A stretch of 31,687 bases of DNA from an uncultured Ruminococcus sp. (lineage in GTDB: Bacteria > Bacillota > Clostridia > Oscillospirales > Acutalibacteraceae). Location of the stretch: contig CACXGH010000241.1 in assembly GCA_902767175.1 (NCBI GenBank), positions 1 through 31,687 of the forward strand, read 5' to 3'. Below are positions 18,880 through 27,585 of the stretch, one piece after another (position 1 is the first letter of the stretch; each line of letters begins with the position of its first letter). The notes beneath the pieces are model-generated. The model was given only the letters and a program-made list of their open reading frames with translations. It did no database searches and was not told where the DNA came from. The position numbers and the translations under genes are program-made.

Positions 18880-19188
18880 TTATATTTTAACTCCTATCGC
18901 TTCTCTGACATAACGGGTTATGGAATCCTTAGCACGACCGCTTCCGTGTCTGTCAGGTATCTCAACAATGAGGGGCTGCTTTCTCTTGAGCTTAAGATCA
19001 TATACAAGCTCAGGACAAAGGCTTACGAGTCTTTCCGTCATAAGTATAACGGCGACATCCTCCATTTCCATGGCTTCCTCGAGAGCGTCACGGACTTCCT
19101 TGTCTTCATGTACAACAACGCCGTTTATCCCTGCAAGGTGCATACCCATTAATGTATCCACATTATCGCTTATTAAATAGAATTTCAT
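18880..19188 (-). CDS. V/A-type ATPase subunit F
   Basis: DTLMGMHLAGI, VILMTE, PLIVEIPD, VREAIGVKI. Confidence 0.9.
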   Translation of the reverse strand: MKFYLISDNVDTLMGMHLAGINGVVVHEDKEVRDALEEAMEMEDVAVILMTERLVSLCPELVYDLKLKRKQPLIVEIPDRHGSGRAKDSITRYVREAIGVKI

Positions 19189-19223
19189 AAGCTCACCAAC
19201 CTTGAGACTGTTTTTCTGATCTA

Positions 19224-19676
19224 TCAGACCTTAGCGATGATAAGAATTGAAACAAGAAGACCGTACAGAGCAACACCTTCGCCGAGTGCAACGAATATAA
19301 GTGCCTTACCAAATGCCTTGGGATCTTCGCTTGTAGCACCTATAGCTGCAGGAGCAGCGTTGCCTACGGCAATACCGCCGCCGATGCCGGAAATGCCTGT
19401 TGCGAGTGCTGCACCGATCATAGCCAGACCGAAAGCCGAGCCGTCTTTGGTTGCGTTTGCAGCAGCCTCTGCGGCTGCATTTGCATCACCCTCTGCTGCA
19501 AATGCAGTAATGGCTGCAACGGTAAGACAAACTGCACCTACTGCAGCAAATGCTGCTATCTGAGAGAGAACTGCTCTTCTTTTTGTGTGTCTGCCTGCGG
19601 TAACACTCTTGTAAGCATAGATAACAGAGCCTACAAGAAAAATAACGGGTACTGCCAATAAAATATATTCTAACAT
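19224..19676 (-). CDS. ntpK: V/A-type ATPase proteolipid subunit K/c (single hairpin with long N-terminal leader)
   Basis: GISGIGGGIAVG glycine motif, EDPKAFGK loop and ALGEGVALYG carboxylate helix; ~60-aa hydrophobic N-terminal extension ending AFA-AE. Confidence 0.92.
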   Translation of the reverse strand: MLEYILLAVPVIFLVGSVIYAYKSVTAGRHTKRRAVLSQIAAFAAVGAVCLTVAAITAFAAEGDANAAAEAAANATKDGSAFGLAMIGAALATGISGIGGGIAVGNAAPAAIGATSEDPKAFGKALIFVALGEGVALYGLLVSILIIAKV

Positions 19677-19720
19677 AGTAAAATCCTCCGTTTTCTTTTT
19701 GTTTTTCCTTTATAAAAGGA

Positions 19721-21661
19721 TCATTTCAGCTTCTTTGCCGTGACCGGTATAAAGGGGCGGCCTTCTCCGATGTAGAAACGGCTGAATATCTCATAGTAGT
19801 CAAGTCTCAGTACCTGAATTGCAACGAGCAGGGCTTCAAGCGCCATTACAATACCGTTGCCTATTATGAGTATCAGTGTGTAGCCTACAGGCCCGCCTAC
19901 CATTTCGGCAAGTGTGAATACAACGAGCATCATGCCTGCGTGTACAAGGATATATGCACCAACACGAAGGAAGGACATAGTGTTCGTAACATAGCTCAGG
20001 CATATTTCAAATACTTCAAAGAAGCTCTGCATACAATATTCGCCCCAGCTTTCCGGCTTCCAGTTCTTCTTGCCCTCTGCGAGCTTTCCAAGCGGCTCTC
20101 TGAGGAAAATAAGAATAAGGGGAAGAACTATCAGGCAGAGTATATATGCGACATTCATTATTTCAATGCCGAGCATCATCTGACAGATGAGACCAGCCAC
20201 AAGAGACACATAGAATACAAAGCCTGAAACTCCGTTCGCTCCGAAAAAGGCGCTTTCATAGTCACGCCGTTTAAGCGACGAGACAATATTTACAAGCATC
20301 GCTATGGCTATTGTAACAATGCCGATAGCAACAGAGCCGTAAATGATAAGGTTGATACTGTCAGGCTCCATTACTTCAATGAGCTTTCCCTGTGTTCCGA
20401 ACAGCTTCTGATGCACGGGAGTGAGCAGCTCCTCAAAGCCGAATACCGAACCGTACAGGAAACCGAATATCATACCCATTATTCCGCAGGGAACGAGTAT
20501 CTTGCCGATTTCCACCTTCTTGAATTTATACATCAATGCGCCGATAAGGGCAACAACGAGACCTTGACCGGCGTCTCCGAACATAATTCCGAAAAACAGT
20601 GTATAAGTGAACGCTACGAAGGCAGTAGGGTCTATCTCATTATGGCAGGGCAGACCGTACATCTTCACATAGAATTCATACCGTCTGATAAACGGCGGGT
20701 TTTTGAGAATGACGGGCGGAGTCTGATTTCTTACATCTTTTGAGTCGATCAGAGAGTATTCTACGCTGTTTATGGTGTCAAGCTTTTCTGTAAAGAGCTT
20801 TTCCTTGTCGGCTGGTATCCAGCCTACAAGAATGAAGCTCTTATGATAACGGTAAGCGAAACGCTTGATCTCGTTATAAGAATCCATCTCTTCAAGCTTG
20901 GTGTAGTAGGCAAGGCATTTCTGCCTTTCCGTTTTCCAGAACTCATCTATCATGTTCTGTTCATTTTTAAGCTTTTCATCAAGCTCCTTGAGCTTTGTCT
21001 GCAGTGTTCTCATATAGTCATCGGGCTTGCCTGCAATAGGCGGCACCTCGAGACGCTCGAAGAATAGTGACGAGAAAATCCTGTCAATTTCGTTCTTCTG
21101 CTCAGGGATAGTAAAATACGCACCCCAATAATGAGTTTCGTCATTGGTAAACGGGAAGAAAATAGCATATTGGTTAGATGAAAACTCCGAGAGCTTTTCG
21201 TAGCTTTCCTTCGGCAGTCTGCCGAAATTCGGAGTAATATATTTACAGTCGGATATCTCGGTGAAGTCGATATCGCAGCCTGTAAAGTGCTCCACCTGTT
21301 CGATAGAACGCTTACATTCATCTGTTTCCTGTTCGATCAGAAGCTTTCTGCTGATCATTTTATCCGTTTCGTCAACGAATTTCATTAAATAAGCCAGCAC
21401 ATCGCTTTCGCTGTCCTTTACCTGATCCGCTTTCGTATATTCCAGCTTGAAGCCTGCAAGCTCACATGTATTCTTGAGCTGCTGTATAGGCTGTGAATAC
21501 GGGTTTTTGTCATTCAGCGGAACAAAGTTCTTTGTGTCCGAATAGAACGACATTGCATCGTCAGGCTGAAAGGAGCATGAATCTCCGCAGAACTTGATTA
21601 CTTCGTCAAGCTGCGGCATCAAGCCGATGATACTGATAGCCTTTACGGGTTTTACAGACAA
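19721..21661 (-). CDS. ntpI: V/A-type ATPase subunit I (a)
   Basis: EIDPT, FGIMFGDAGQG, NTMSFLRVGA (essential Arg), QVLRLDYYE.FSRFY.G.GRPF; TTG start. Confidence 0.95.
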   Translation of the reverse strand: MSVKPVKAISIIGLMPQLDEVIKFCGDSCSFQPDDAMSFYSDTKNFVPLNDKNPYSQPIQQLKNTCELAGFKLEYTKADQVKDSESDVLAYLMKFVDETDKMISRKLLIEQETDECKRSIEQVEHFTGCDIDFTEISDCKYITPNFGRLPKESYEKLSEFSSNQYAIFFPFTNDETHYWGAYFTIPEQKNEIDRIFSSLFFERLEVPPIAGKPDDYMRTLQTKLKELDEKLKNEQNMIDEFWKTERQKCLAYYTKLEEMDSYNEIKRFAYRYHKSFILVGWIPADKEKLFTEKLDTINSVEYSLIDSKDVRNQTPPVILKNPPFIRRYEFYVKMYGLPCHNEIDPTAFVAFTYTLFFGIMFGDAGQGLVVALIGALMYKFKKVEIGKILVPCGIMGMIFGFLYGSVFGFEELLTPVHQKLFGTQGKLIEVMEPDSINLIIYGSVAIGIVTIAIAMLVNIVSSLKRRDYESAFFGANGVSGFVFYVSLVAGLICQMMLGIEIMNVAYILCLIVLPLILIFLREPLGKLAEGKKNWKPESWGEYCMQSFFEVFEICLSYVTNTMSFLRVGAYILVHAGMMLVVFTLAEMVGGPVGYTLILIIGNGIVMALEALLVAIQVLRLDYYEIFSRFYIGEGRPFIPVTAKKLK

Positions 21662-21680
21662 AGTATCACCTCCTTTAGTT

Positions 21681-22715
21681 TTATCTTACGGGTAGCTTGA
21701 GTTTTTCTTCCGGAGGCATTCCGTAACGGGTAGCCTCTATAAGATTGATAATATTTCTGACCTCTATCTGCTTTAAGTAGATATAGGAGATCATGACTAT
21801 AGTCGGGTTCGGAGATAATCTCAGATGATGTCTGCAATAAACATTGATGAGCGCATAGGAGATCTGTGTGTTATCATAGTATTGCAGTTTTGAGAGATGT
21901 GCTCCGAGATAAGTCGAGCGTGCAAGTTCATATACATCTTTTATATCATCGGCGGCACAGAATTCATCAATGGTTTTCTTTGACAGCTTGCCGTATGGGA
22001 TAAGCATTGATTTTACTGTTTCTGCCGTAAAGCGGTGATATTTTTTCAGACGCAGTATGCGTTCCAGGTTTTCAAAATCGAACACTGAATGGAACAGATC
22101 TCTCAGTTCCTTCTGTTCGGTCTTGTTTTTCAGCTTTGAGATCGCTTCCATTGCCATGCTGTAGTTTTTATTGTTAAGAGCAATCTCTATTTCGGCAATT
22201 TTAAGTTCTTCGCCCTCTTTAGGACGGAATGAACTCATCACCTGGTAGTATTTTGTGTGCTGCAGCGCACTTAACAGATCGTCATACGATCTTGCCGCCG
22301 CCAATTTTTTAAAGCTTACCGCAGTAAAATGGTCGAGCGACAGCGGCATTGATAATGCATATTCCTCCGGTTTTCCGATGTTGAGCATCATCAGGCACCG
22401 TACTATCTGTTCGATATCGAGCTTTGAGGTGACAAAGTCCGAAACGGCAAGTGCGTTGTCGGTCGTGTACCTTGACAAAGCAAAGATATCAAGATAAATA
22501 TCCTGCCTGAGCAGCGGCTCTAACTGTCCTCTGTGGATATCAGTCTCTACAAGTCCCGTAAGCGCTTTTGAATAACAGGTACGGGTCTTAAGGTATGAAG
22601 CTACCTCGGGTACTGTACGGCACTCAACGAGCTGCTTGTAATCCTGATCCTTAAGGCACTTTCCGTACATGGCACGGGATTTTGCGAGGACTGCATTACA
22701 GGCTTTTGAAGACAT
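21681..22715 (-). CDS. ntpC: V/A-type ATPase subunit C (d/AC39)
   Basis: 344 aa helical protein with N-terminal AKSRAMYGKCL and C-terminal YIYLKQIEVRNI..IEA.RY; operon position. Confidence 0.85.
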   Translation of the reverse strand: MSSKACNAVLAKSRAMYGKCLKDQDYKQLVECRTVPEVASYLKTRTCYSKALTGLVETDIHRGQLEPLLRQDIYLDIFALSRYTTDNALAVSDFVTSKLDIEQIVRCLMMLNIGKPEEYALSMPLSLDHFTAVSFKKLAAARSYDDLLSALQHTKYYQVMSSFRPKEGEELKIAEIEIALNNKNYSMAMEAISKLKNKTEQKELRDLFHSVFDFENLERILRLKKYHRFTAETVKSMLIPYGKLSKKTIDEFCAADDIKDVYELARSTYLGAHLSKLQYYDNTQISYALINVYCRHHLRLSPNPTIVMISYIYLKQIEVRNIINLIEATRYGMPPEEKLKLPVR

Positions 22716-22743
22716 TTTGTTTCTCAGCTCCTTTCATGCGTGT

Positions 22744-23055
22744 CTATCCGTCTATGACACGGGCGACTATTTCGTCTACCCATTTGTCACAGTTTGTCTC
22801 ATAGACACTGTCAAGCCGTCTGATAACAGCGCTGTCACGCTCTTCGATCAGCTTTAAGGATGCGTCAGCCTTTTTCTGCGCAGACTCCTGATTTATTGCT
22901 ATTCTTTTTTTTGCTCTTTCGAGAAAGTCATTTTTTATGCTTTCACGCTTTGCAATGACCTGATTTTCATAATCAAGCTTGTTTCTCTGAGCCTCAGCCG
23001 TCATATCACGAGCCTTTTTGTCCATTTCGACAATTTTGGCAATCATATCTTCCAA
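22744..23055 (-). CDS. Probable V/A-type ATPase peripheral stalk subunit G/H
   Basis: 103-aa charged coiled coil, first gene of the operon; TTG start. Confidence 0.65.
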   Translation of the reverse strand: MEDMIAKIVEMDKKARDMTAEAQRNKLDYENQVIAKRESIKNDFLERAKKRIAINQESAQKKADASLKLIEERDSAVIRRLDSVYETNCDKWVDEIVARVIDG

Positions 23056-23139
23056 GGATAAAACACCCCCTTACAAAAACATAGGTATAGATAAGGACCG
23101 AGGGGAGCCTGAGCCTTCCTACACCTGCTTTACAGATAA

Positions 23140-23168
23140 ATTATACTCCCCGATTTTTTTATTTACAA
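23140..23168 (-). promoter_or_regulatory. sigma-A-type promoter of the V-ATPase operon
   Basis: TTGTAA-N17-TATAAT. Confidence 0.65.
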
Positions 23169-23225
23169 GCGACAAATCAAAAAATATGTATAAACCTGAA
23201 CGACGTTTTTGAGCATATTTAACAA

Positions 23226-23251
23226 TATATAATTACCTTATATAATTACCT
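23226..23251. repeat. 13-bp tandem duplication spanning the pheA stop codon
   Basis: TATATAATTACCT at 23226-23238 and 23239-23251. Confidence 0.9.
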
Positions 23252-24376
23252 TTCAGAATAGTTGCCGAGGAAGGAAAAATCAGTCAGCTCATCGGATAAA
23301 GCTCTCATAAGAGCGAGAGTTCTTTTTTCTTTGATATTGCCGCTGAAGTCGAGATAAAACAGGTACTCAAACGATGTTCCTGTCTTGGGGCGTGATTCTA
23401 TTTTTGTGAGATTCAGCCCGTCGGCGGCAAAGCGGCATAAAATATTGTGCAGTGAGCCTGTTCTGTGGGGAAGAGAGAAGCAAAGGCTTATTTTATCGGC
23501 TGTTTCATCAATATACAGCTCCTTGGAAATAACAATGAAGCGTGTAGTATTTGCAGGATTATTCTGAAAGCCTCTGAGCAGTATTTCAAGTCCGTATTCC
23601 TCCGCAGCCTCCTCCGAACATATAGCTGCGATGCTGCTGTCATTGCTCTGTGATACCATTTCTGCTGCGGCTGCCGTGCTTATATACTCATGCTTTTCCA
23701 TATTCCTTGAACGGATATAGTCCGAGCATTGAGCGAGAGCCTGCTGATGAGAGTAGACTGTGCGTATGCTTTCGGCAGATGTGCCTTTTACCGCAGCGAG
23801 GCAATGGTCTATCGGAATGTCTATAGCCGCAGCAATATAGAAGCGGTATTTCAGCATAAGGTCATACACATCAGTGACTGAGCCTGCAGAGCTGTTTTCT
23901 ATAGGCACTATTCCGAAATCAGCGTTTCCGTTGCGAAGGGCTGCGAATACATCATGGAACGATGAACAGAAGGTCGGTATTGTTCCGGGAAAGAGAGTTC
24001 TTTCGGCTCTGTGTGCGTATGAGCCGGGAATACCGAAGCACGCTATCATAGTTGTTTTATCGTCAAAGGGGATAGTATCCTTCGCACAGAGCACTGCACT
24101 GTTAAGTGCCTCTCCGCTGCCGAGCATATCGTGCTGTAATGCACGGCTAAGTTCCATAATATTTGCATAAAGCTGTCTTGCACTTGATCCGTATTCTCCT
24201 GCCTTTTCTGCTGCTTTATCCATTACCTGCTGCTCTCTTGCAGGGTCAAAGACAGGTATACCGTTAGCAAGCTTATATTCGGCGACTCTTTTTGAACAGT
24301 CCATTCTCTTTGTGAATGCCTCGATAAGCTGCGTGTCGGCTTCGTCTATTTCGGCTCTTATTTCTTTAAGATTCAA
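23246..24376 (-). CDS. pheA: Chorismate mutase / prephenate dehydratase (P-protein) with ACT domain
   Basis: N-terminal AroQ domain (R.EID..D..L...R), VPIENSSAG, VYSHQQALAQC, NTTRFIVI, NLTKIESRP; TTG start overlaps the aroC stop (TTGA). Confidence 0.92.
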   Translation of the reverse strand: MNLKEIRAEIDEADTQLIEAFTKRMDCSKRVAEYKLANGIPVFDPAREQQVMDKAAEKAGEYGSSARQLYANIMELSRALQHDMLGSGEALNSAVLCAKDTIPFDDKTTMIACFGIPGSYAHRAERTLFPGTIPTFCSSFHDVFAALRNGNADFGIVPIENSSAGSVTDVYDLMLKYRFYIAAAIDIPIDHCLAAVKGTSAESIRTVYSHQQALAQCSDYIRSRNMEKHEYISTAAAAEMVSQSNDSSIAAICSEEAAEEYGLEILLRGFQNNPANTTRFIVISKELYIDETADKISLCFSLPHRTGSLHNILCRFAADGLNLTKIESRPKTGTSFEYLFYLDFSGNIKEKRTLALMRALSDELTDFSFLGNYSER

Positions 24377-25458
24377 AGCTTGTTTACCTCCTTCAGTATA
24401 TTTATTACGGCTATAGCTGCCGCCGATTCAATTACGGGTACAGCTCTTACAACAATACAGGGGTCATGCCTGCCGTGTATCTCCAGAACGGTGTCCTTTT
24501 TCTCATTTATATCCACCGTGTTCTGCTGTCTTGAAATAGACGGAGTGGGTTTTATTGCTGTCCGGAATATAATAGGCATTCCTGTGCTTATTCCTCCGAG
24601 TATGCCTCCGTGATTGTTGGTTCTTGTCTTAACCGTATCGCCGTCATAGTAGAACTCGTCATTATTCTGACTGCCCCTGAGTCGGGAGCCTTCAAACCCG
24701 GAGCCGAATTCTATTCCCTTTACGGCAGGAATTCCAAAGACGATAGATGAAATGACATTCTCAATTCCGTCAAACATAGGGGATCCTGCACCGGCAGGCA
24801 TACCTGTTACAGCACATTCCACCGTTCCGCCTATACTGTCCTGAGACATTCTGCATTCCTCTATCAACGCTCTCATCGGTTCTTCCATTTTTGTGTCAAT
24901 AAGCCCGAAAACAGCCTTTGACAGCCTGTCAGTCAGTTCGGTCGGAATATCTGTTCCGTCAAAGCGTTTATCTTCAATATCTCCTATTGAGGAGATATGA
25001 GCCGCTATGTTTATTCCTCTGCGGCTGAGTATCTGCCTGCATACGGCTCCTGCAAATACTATAGGAGCTGTAAGTCTGCCGGAGAAATGTCCTCCTCCTC
25101 GGATATCGTTAAAGCCGCTGTAGCGTATATATCCGGTCAGATCAGCATGAGCGGGCCGGGGACAGGTGAGGATATTGCCGTAATCCTGAGAACGGGTGTT
25201 TGTGTTTCTGATGACTGCACAAAGCGGAGCACCCGTTGTCGTTCCGTTCAGCATACCTGAGAGTATTTCGGGAAAATCTCCCTCAAGTCTCGGAGTTGCG
25301 GCTTTATCTTTTCCCGGAGCACGCCTTCCCATCTGCAGGAGAAGCTCCTCATTGTCTATTTTTTCTCCGGAGGGCAGACCGTCTATTACAACGCCTATGC
25401 CTGTTCCGTGGCTTTCTCCGAATACGGAGATCTTTATTCCGTTACCCCATGATGACAT
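24373..25458 (-). CDS. aroC: Chorismate synthase
   Basis: GESHG, RRAPG, RPAHAD, GGGHFSGRLTA, NNHGGILGGIST, KPTPSI, RHDPCIV. The start is moved to ATG at 25458 (GGAGG RBS). Confidence 0.96.
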   Translation of the reverse strand: MSSWGNGIKISVFGESHGTGIGVVIDGLPSGEKIDNEELLLQMGRRAPGKDKAATPRLEGDFPEILSGMLNGTTTGAPLCAVIRNTNTRSQDYGNILTCPRPAHADLTGYIRYSGFNDIRGGGHFSGRLTAPIVFAGAVCRQILSRRGINIAAHISSIGDIEDKRFDGTDIPTELTDRLSKAVFGLIDTKMEEPMRALIEECRMSQDSIGGTVECAVTGMPAGAGSPMFDGIENVISSIVFGIPAVKGIEFGSGFEGSRLRGSQNNDEFYYDGDTVKTRTNNHGGILGGISTGMPIIFRTAIKPTPSISRQQNTVDINEKKDTVLEIHGRHDPCIVVRAVPVIESAAAIAVINILKEVNKL

Positions 25459-26713
25459 CTGTTTTGCCTCCAAGCGTCTTAATATCCTCAAAAAACGAAG
25501 GATATGATTTATTTATACTTTCCATATCGGATATGATAATGTCACCGCTGCACCTTACAGACGCAACTGCTAACGACATTACTATCCTGTGGTCATTATA
25601 TCCTTCAACCTTTGCACCATGCAGAGACCCTACACCGTTTATTATCAGTCCGTCCTCTGTTTCGGTTATATCTGCCCCAAGTCTGGAAAGTCCGTCTGTC
25701 ATTGCGACGAGACGGTCACATTCTTTTATCCGCAGTCTTGACGCTCCCTTTATTACGGTCGTACCTTTGCAAAGTGCCGCTGTAACGCTGAGTGCAGGCA
25801 CCATGTCGGGAATGTTCTCTGCGTTTATCTCAATACCGTGCAAGTCCTTGCACTTTACAGTGATTCTTCCGTTTGTATCTGTTGTTACCTCAGCTCCGAA
25901 ACGGGAGTATATCTCCATACATTCCTTATCTCCCTGTGTTGAGCAGGGGTTGAGGTTATCAATGGTTATTTCCCCTCCAAGCGCCGCTGCTGTCATGAAA
26001 AATGCCGCCTGAGACCAATCACCTTCTACTGTAAAGCTGTGCGGCTTGTATTTCTGACCGCCTTTTATAAACCAGCCGTTTTCCGTTTTTTGGATTTCAA
26101 CACCAAAGGCTTTCATTGTATCGGCCGTCATATCAATATAACCTACAGACTGTGCAGGTGAGGTGAGTCGTATTTCGCTGTCACCCTCTAAAAGCGGAAG
26201 GGCAAGAAGAAGTCCTGTAATAAACTGAGAGCTTATATCTCCGGGTATGTAAAAAACACCGCTTGTCAGCTGTCCTCTTATTGTAAGCGGCAGCCCCTGA
26301 GAGGTAATACATTCCGTTCCATGCTCCGGCAGACAATCGGTATATACTCCGATAGGTCGCTGCGGCAGTCTGCCGTGACCTGTAAAGCAGGTCTGCCTGC
26401 CGCCTGCTGCGGCAACAGGAATGAGAAATCTGAGGGTAGAGCCGCTTTCACCGCAGTCGAGAGAGGCACTTTCGTAATTAAAAATATCTGAACCGTCAAC
26501 GGTCAGAGTGTTGCCATCAATACTGATACTTGCACCTAATTGTTTCATGCAGCTGATCGTAGCAGAAATATCATTTGACAAGTCAACAGGTCTGATTATG
26601 CTTTTTCCTTTTGCAAGGGCAGCACAAATAATTGCACGATGAGCTGCGCTTTTTGAAGGAGGTACGGAAACCGTACCCGAAAGCCGGCATGGAGATACTT
26701 TAACGCTATTCAA
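25442..26713 (-). CDS. aroA: 3-phosphoshikimate 1-carboxyvinyltransferase (EPSP synthase)
   Basis: PPSKSAAHRA, GESGSTLRF, GDISSQF, EGDWSQA, PDMVP, LRIKECDR, DHRIVM, KSYPSF; TTG start. Confidence 0.96.
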   Translation of the reverse strand: MNSVKVSPCRLSGTVSVPPSKSAAHRAIICAALAKGKSIIRPVDLSNDISATISCMKQLGASISIDGNTLTVDGSDIFNYESASLDCGESGSTLRFLIPVAAAGGRQTCFTGHGRLPQRPIGVYTDCLPEHGTECITSQGLPLTIRGQLTSGVFYIPGDISSQFITGLLLALPLLEGDSEIRLTSPAQSVGYIDMTADTMKAFGVEIQKTENGWFIKGGQKYKPHSFTVEGDWSQAAFFMTAAALGGEITIDNLNPCSTQGDKECMEIYSRFGAEVTTDTNGRITVKCKDLHGIEINAENIPDMVPALSVTAALCKGTTVIKGASRLRIKECDRLVAMTDGLSRLGADITETEDGLIINGVGSLHGAKVEGYNDHRIVMSLAVASVRCSGDIIISDMESINKSYPSFFEDIKTLGGKTDVIMG

Positions 26714-26855
26714 ACAACAACACTTCCAATGCAGAAATAAGATAATTATAAGTCATAGAATATCTGATGCGCTTTAAAAAGCGCTGTGCTATACACTGAC
26801 AGTATACCATAAAAAAGCACAAAAGTAAAACATTATATCTTACAGAAAGAACAAA

Positions 26856-26893
26856 AATTCCGCAGAAAAACATAAAAATGCTTTTCTGCGGAA
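26856..26893. terminator. Inverted repeat after the DUF3592 operon, probable terminator
   Basis: TTCCGCAGAAAA...TTTTCTGCGGAA immediately after the stop at 26896, followed on the minus strand by a T-rich tract. Confidence 0.6.
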
Positions 26894-26895
26894 AG

Positions 26896-27570
26896 TCATT
26901 CGTTTTCATCAGAATTGTTATTTGCATTTTGCGAAAGCTTATACCTGATAAAATCTATTATTGATATAATTCCTGTCAGCACTGCAGTAACGCCCAAGAA
27001 AAATATTATTATTCCGAGTACGGAATGTTCCATTATCCAATACATTATACCCGTTACGGTCAGCGGCAAACCGGATGCTAAGGGAATAAAGCCGGAGGAA
27101 AGCTTGAATTTTTCCTGTCCGCTGATATCCATGTCGGTCTCATTTTTCTTTTTCAGCATTCTGAACTGCAGCAGCTTATATATGGCTACAAGCAGGAAAG
27201 AAGCAGAGAACAGAATATAGAAGATACCTCTGTACTGCATGGTTCTTGTCCATATATGTTTGTGGTCGTCTTTATTGCAGCATATTTCAACGGTATCACC
27301 GACTCTCCATGAGCCTTCATACTGCCCGAGAGGAATATCTGTATATGTTGTTCCGTTTACCTCATAGCTTACAAGAGTATATGTTGTCTGCATAGATGAA
27401 TCAGGGTCGTTCTTAAAGGCGGTTATAGTAGCTGTGCATTCAATAGCATCACCCGGCAGGTTGTTTGTCCTTACCTGCAGGTAAATGCCAAAGGCAAGAC
27501 AGGCTATGCCTACTATGAGAAGTACGACACTGCTCCGTGTGCCTATTCTGTCGATTGACAGCTTTTTCAT
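26896..27570 (-). CDS. DUF3592-like membrane protein (about 4 TM segments)
   Basis: TM - CTATIT...VSYEVNG..Y...GDTVEICCNKDD - TM, then two further hydrophobic helices. Confidence 0.65.
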   Translation of the reverse strand: MKKLSIDRIGTRSSVVLLIVGIACLAFGIYLQVRTNNLPGDAIECTATITAFKNDPDSSMQTTYTLVSYEVNGTTYTDIPLGQYEGSWRVGDTVEICCNKDDHKHIWTRTMQYRGIFYILFSASFLLVAIYKLLQFRMLKKKNETDMDISGQEKFKLSSGFIPLASGLPLTVTGIMYWIMEHSVLGIIIFFLGVTAVLTGIISIIDFIRYKLSQNANNNSDENE

Positions 27571-27585
27571 AAAGGCTTCCCTCCT

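Noticed and set aside
25459-25491. aroC N-terminal extension in the ORF track (likewise 1509-1580 and 2598-2624 for the acyltransferases)
   Set aside because: Downstream ATGs have clear SD sequences, and for aroC the downstream ATG also matches the usual family N-terminus.
25236-26012. 258-aa plus-strand ORF (and 18502..19152 and the other plus-strand ORFs)
   Set aside because: These are shadow ORFs opposite conserved aroA/aroC/V-ATPase genes, with no protein-like features.
26714-26855. T-box or attenuator upstream of aroA-aroC-pheA
   Set aside because: The leader is short and AT-rich, with no stem I, UGGNACC or leader peptide; only a weak promoter-like TGgTATACT is present.
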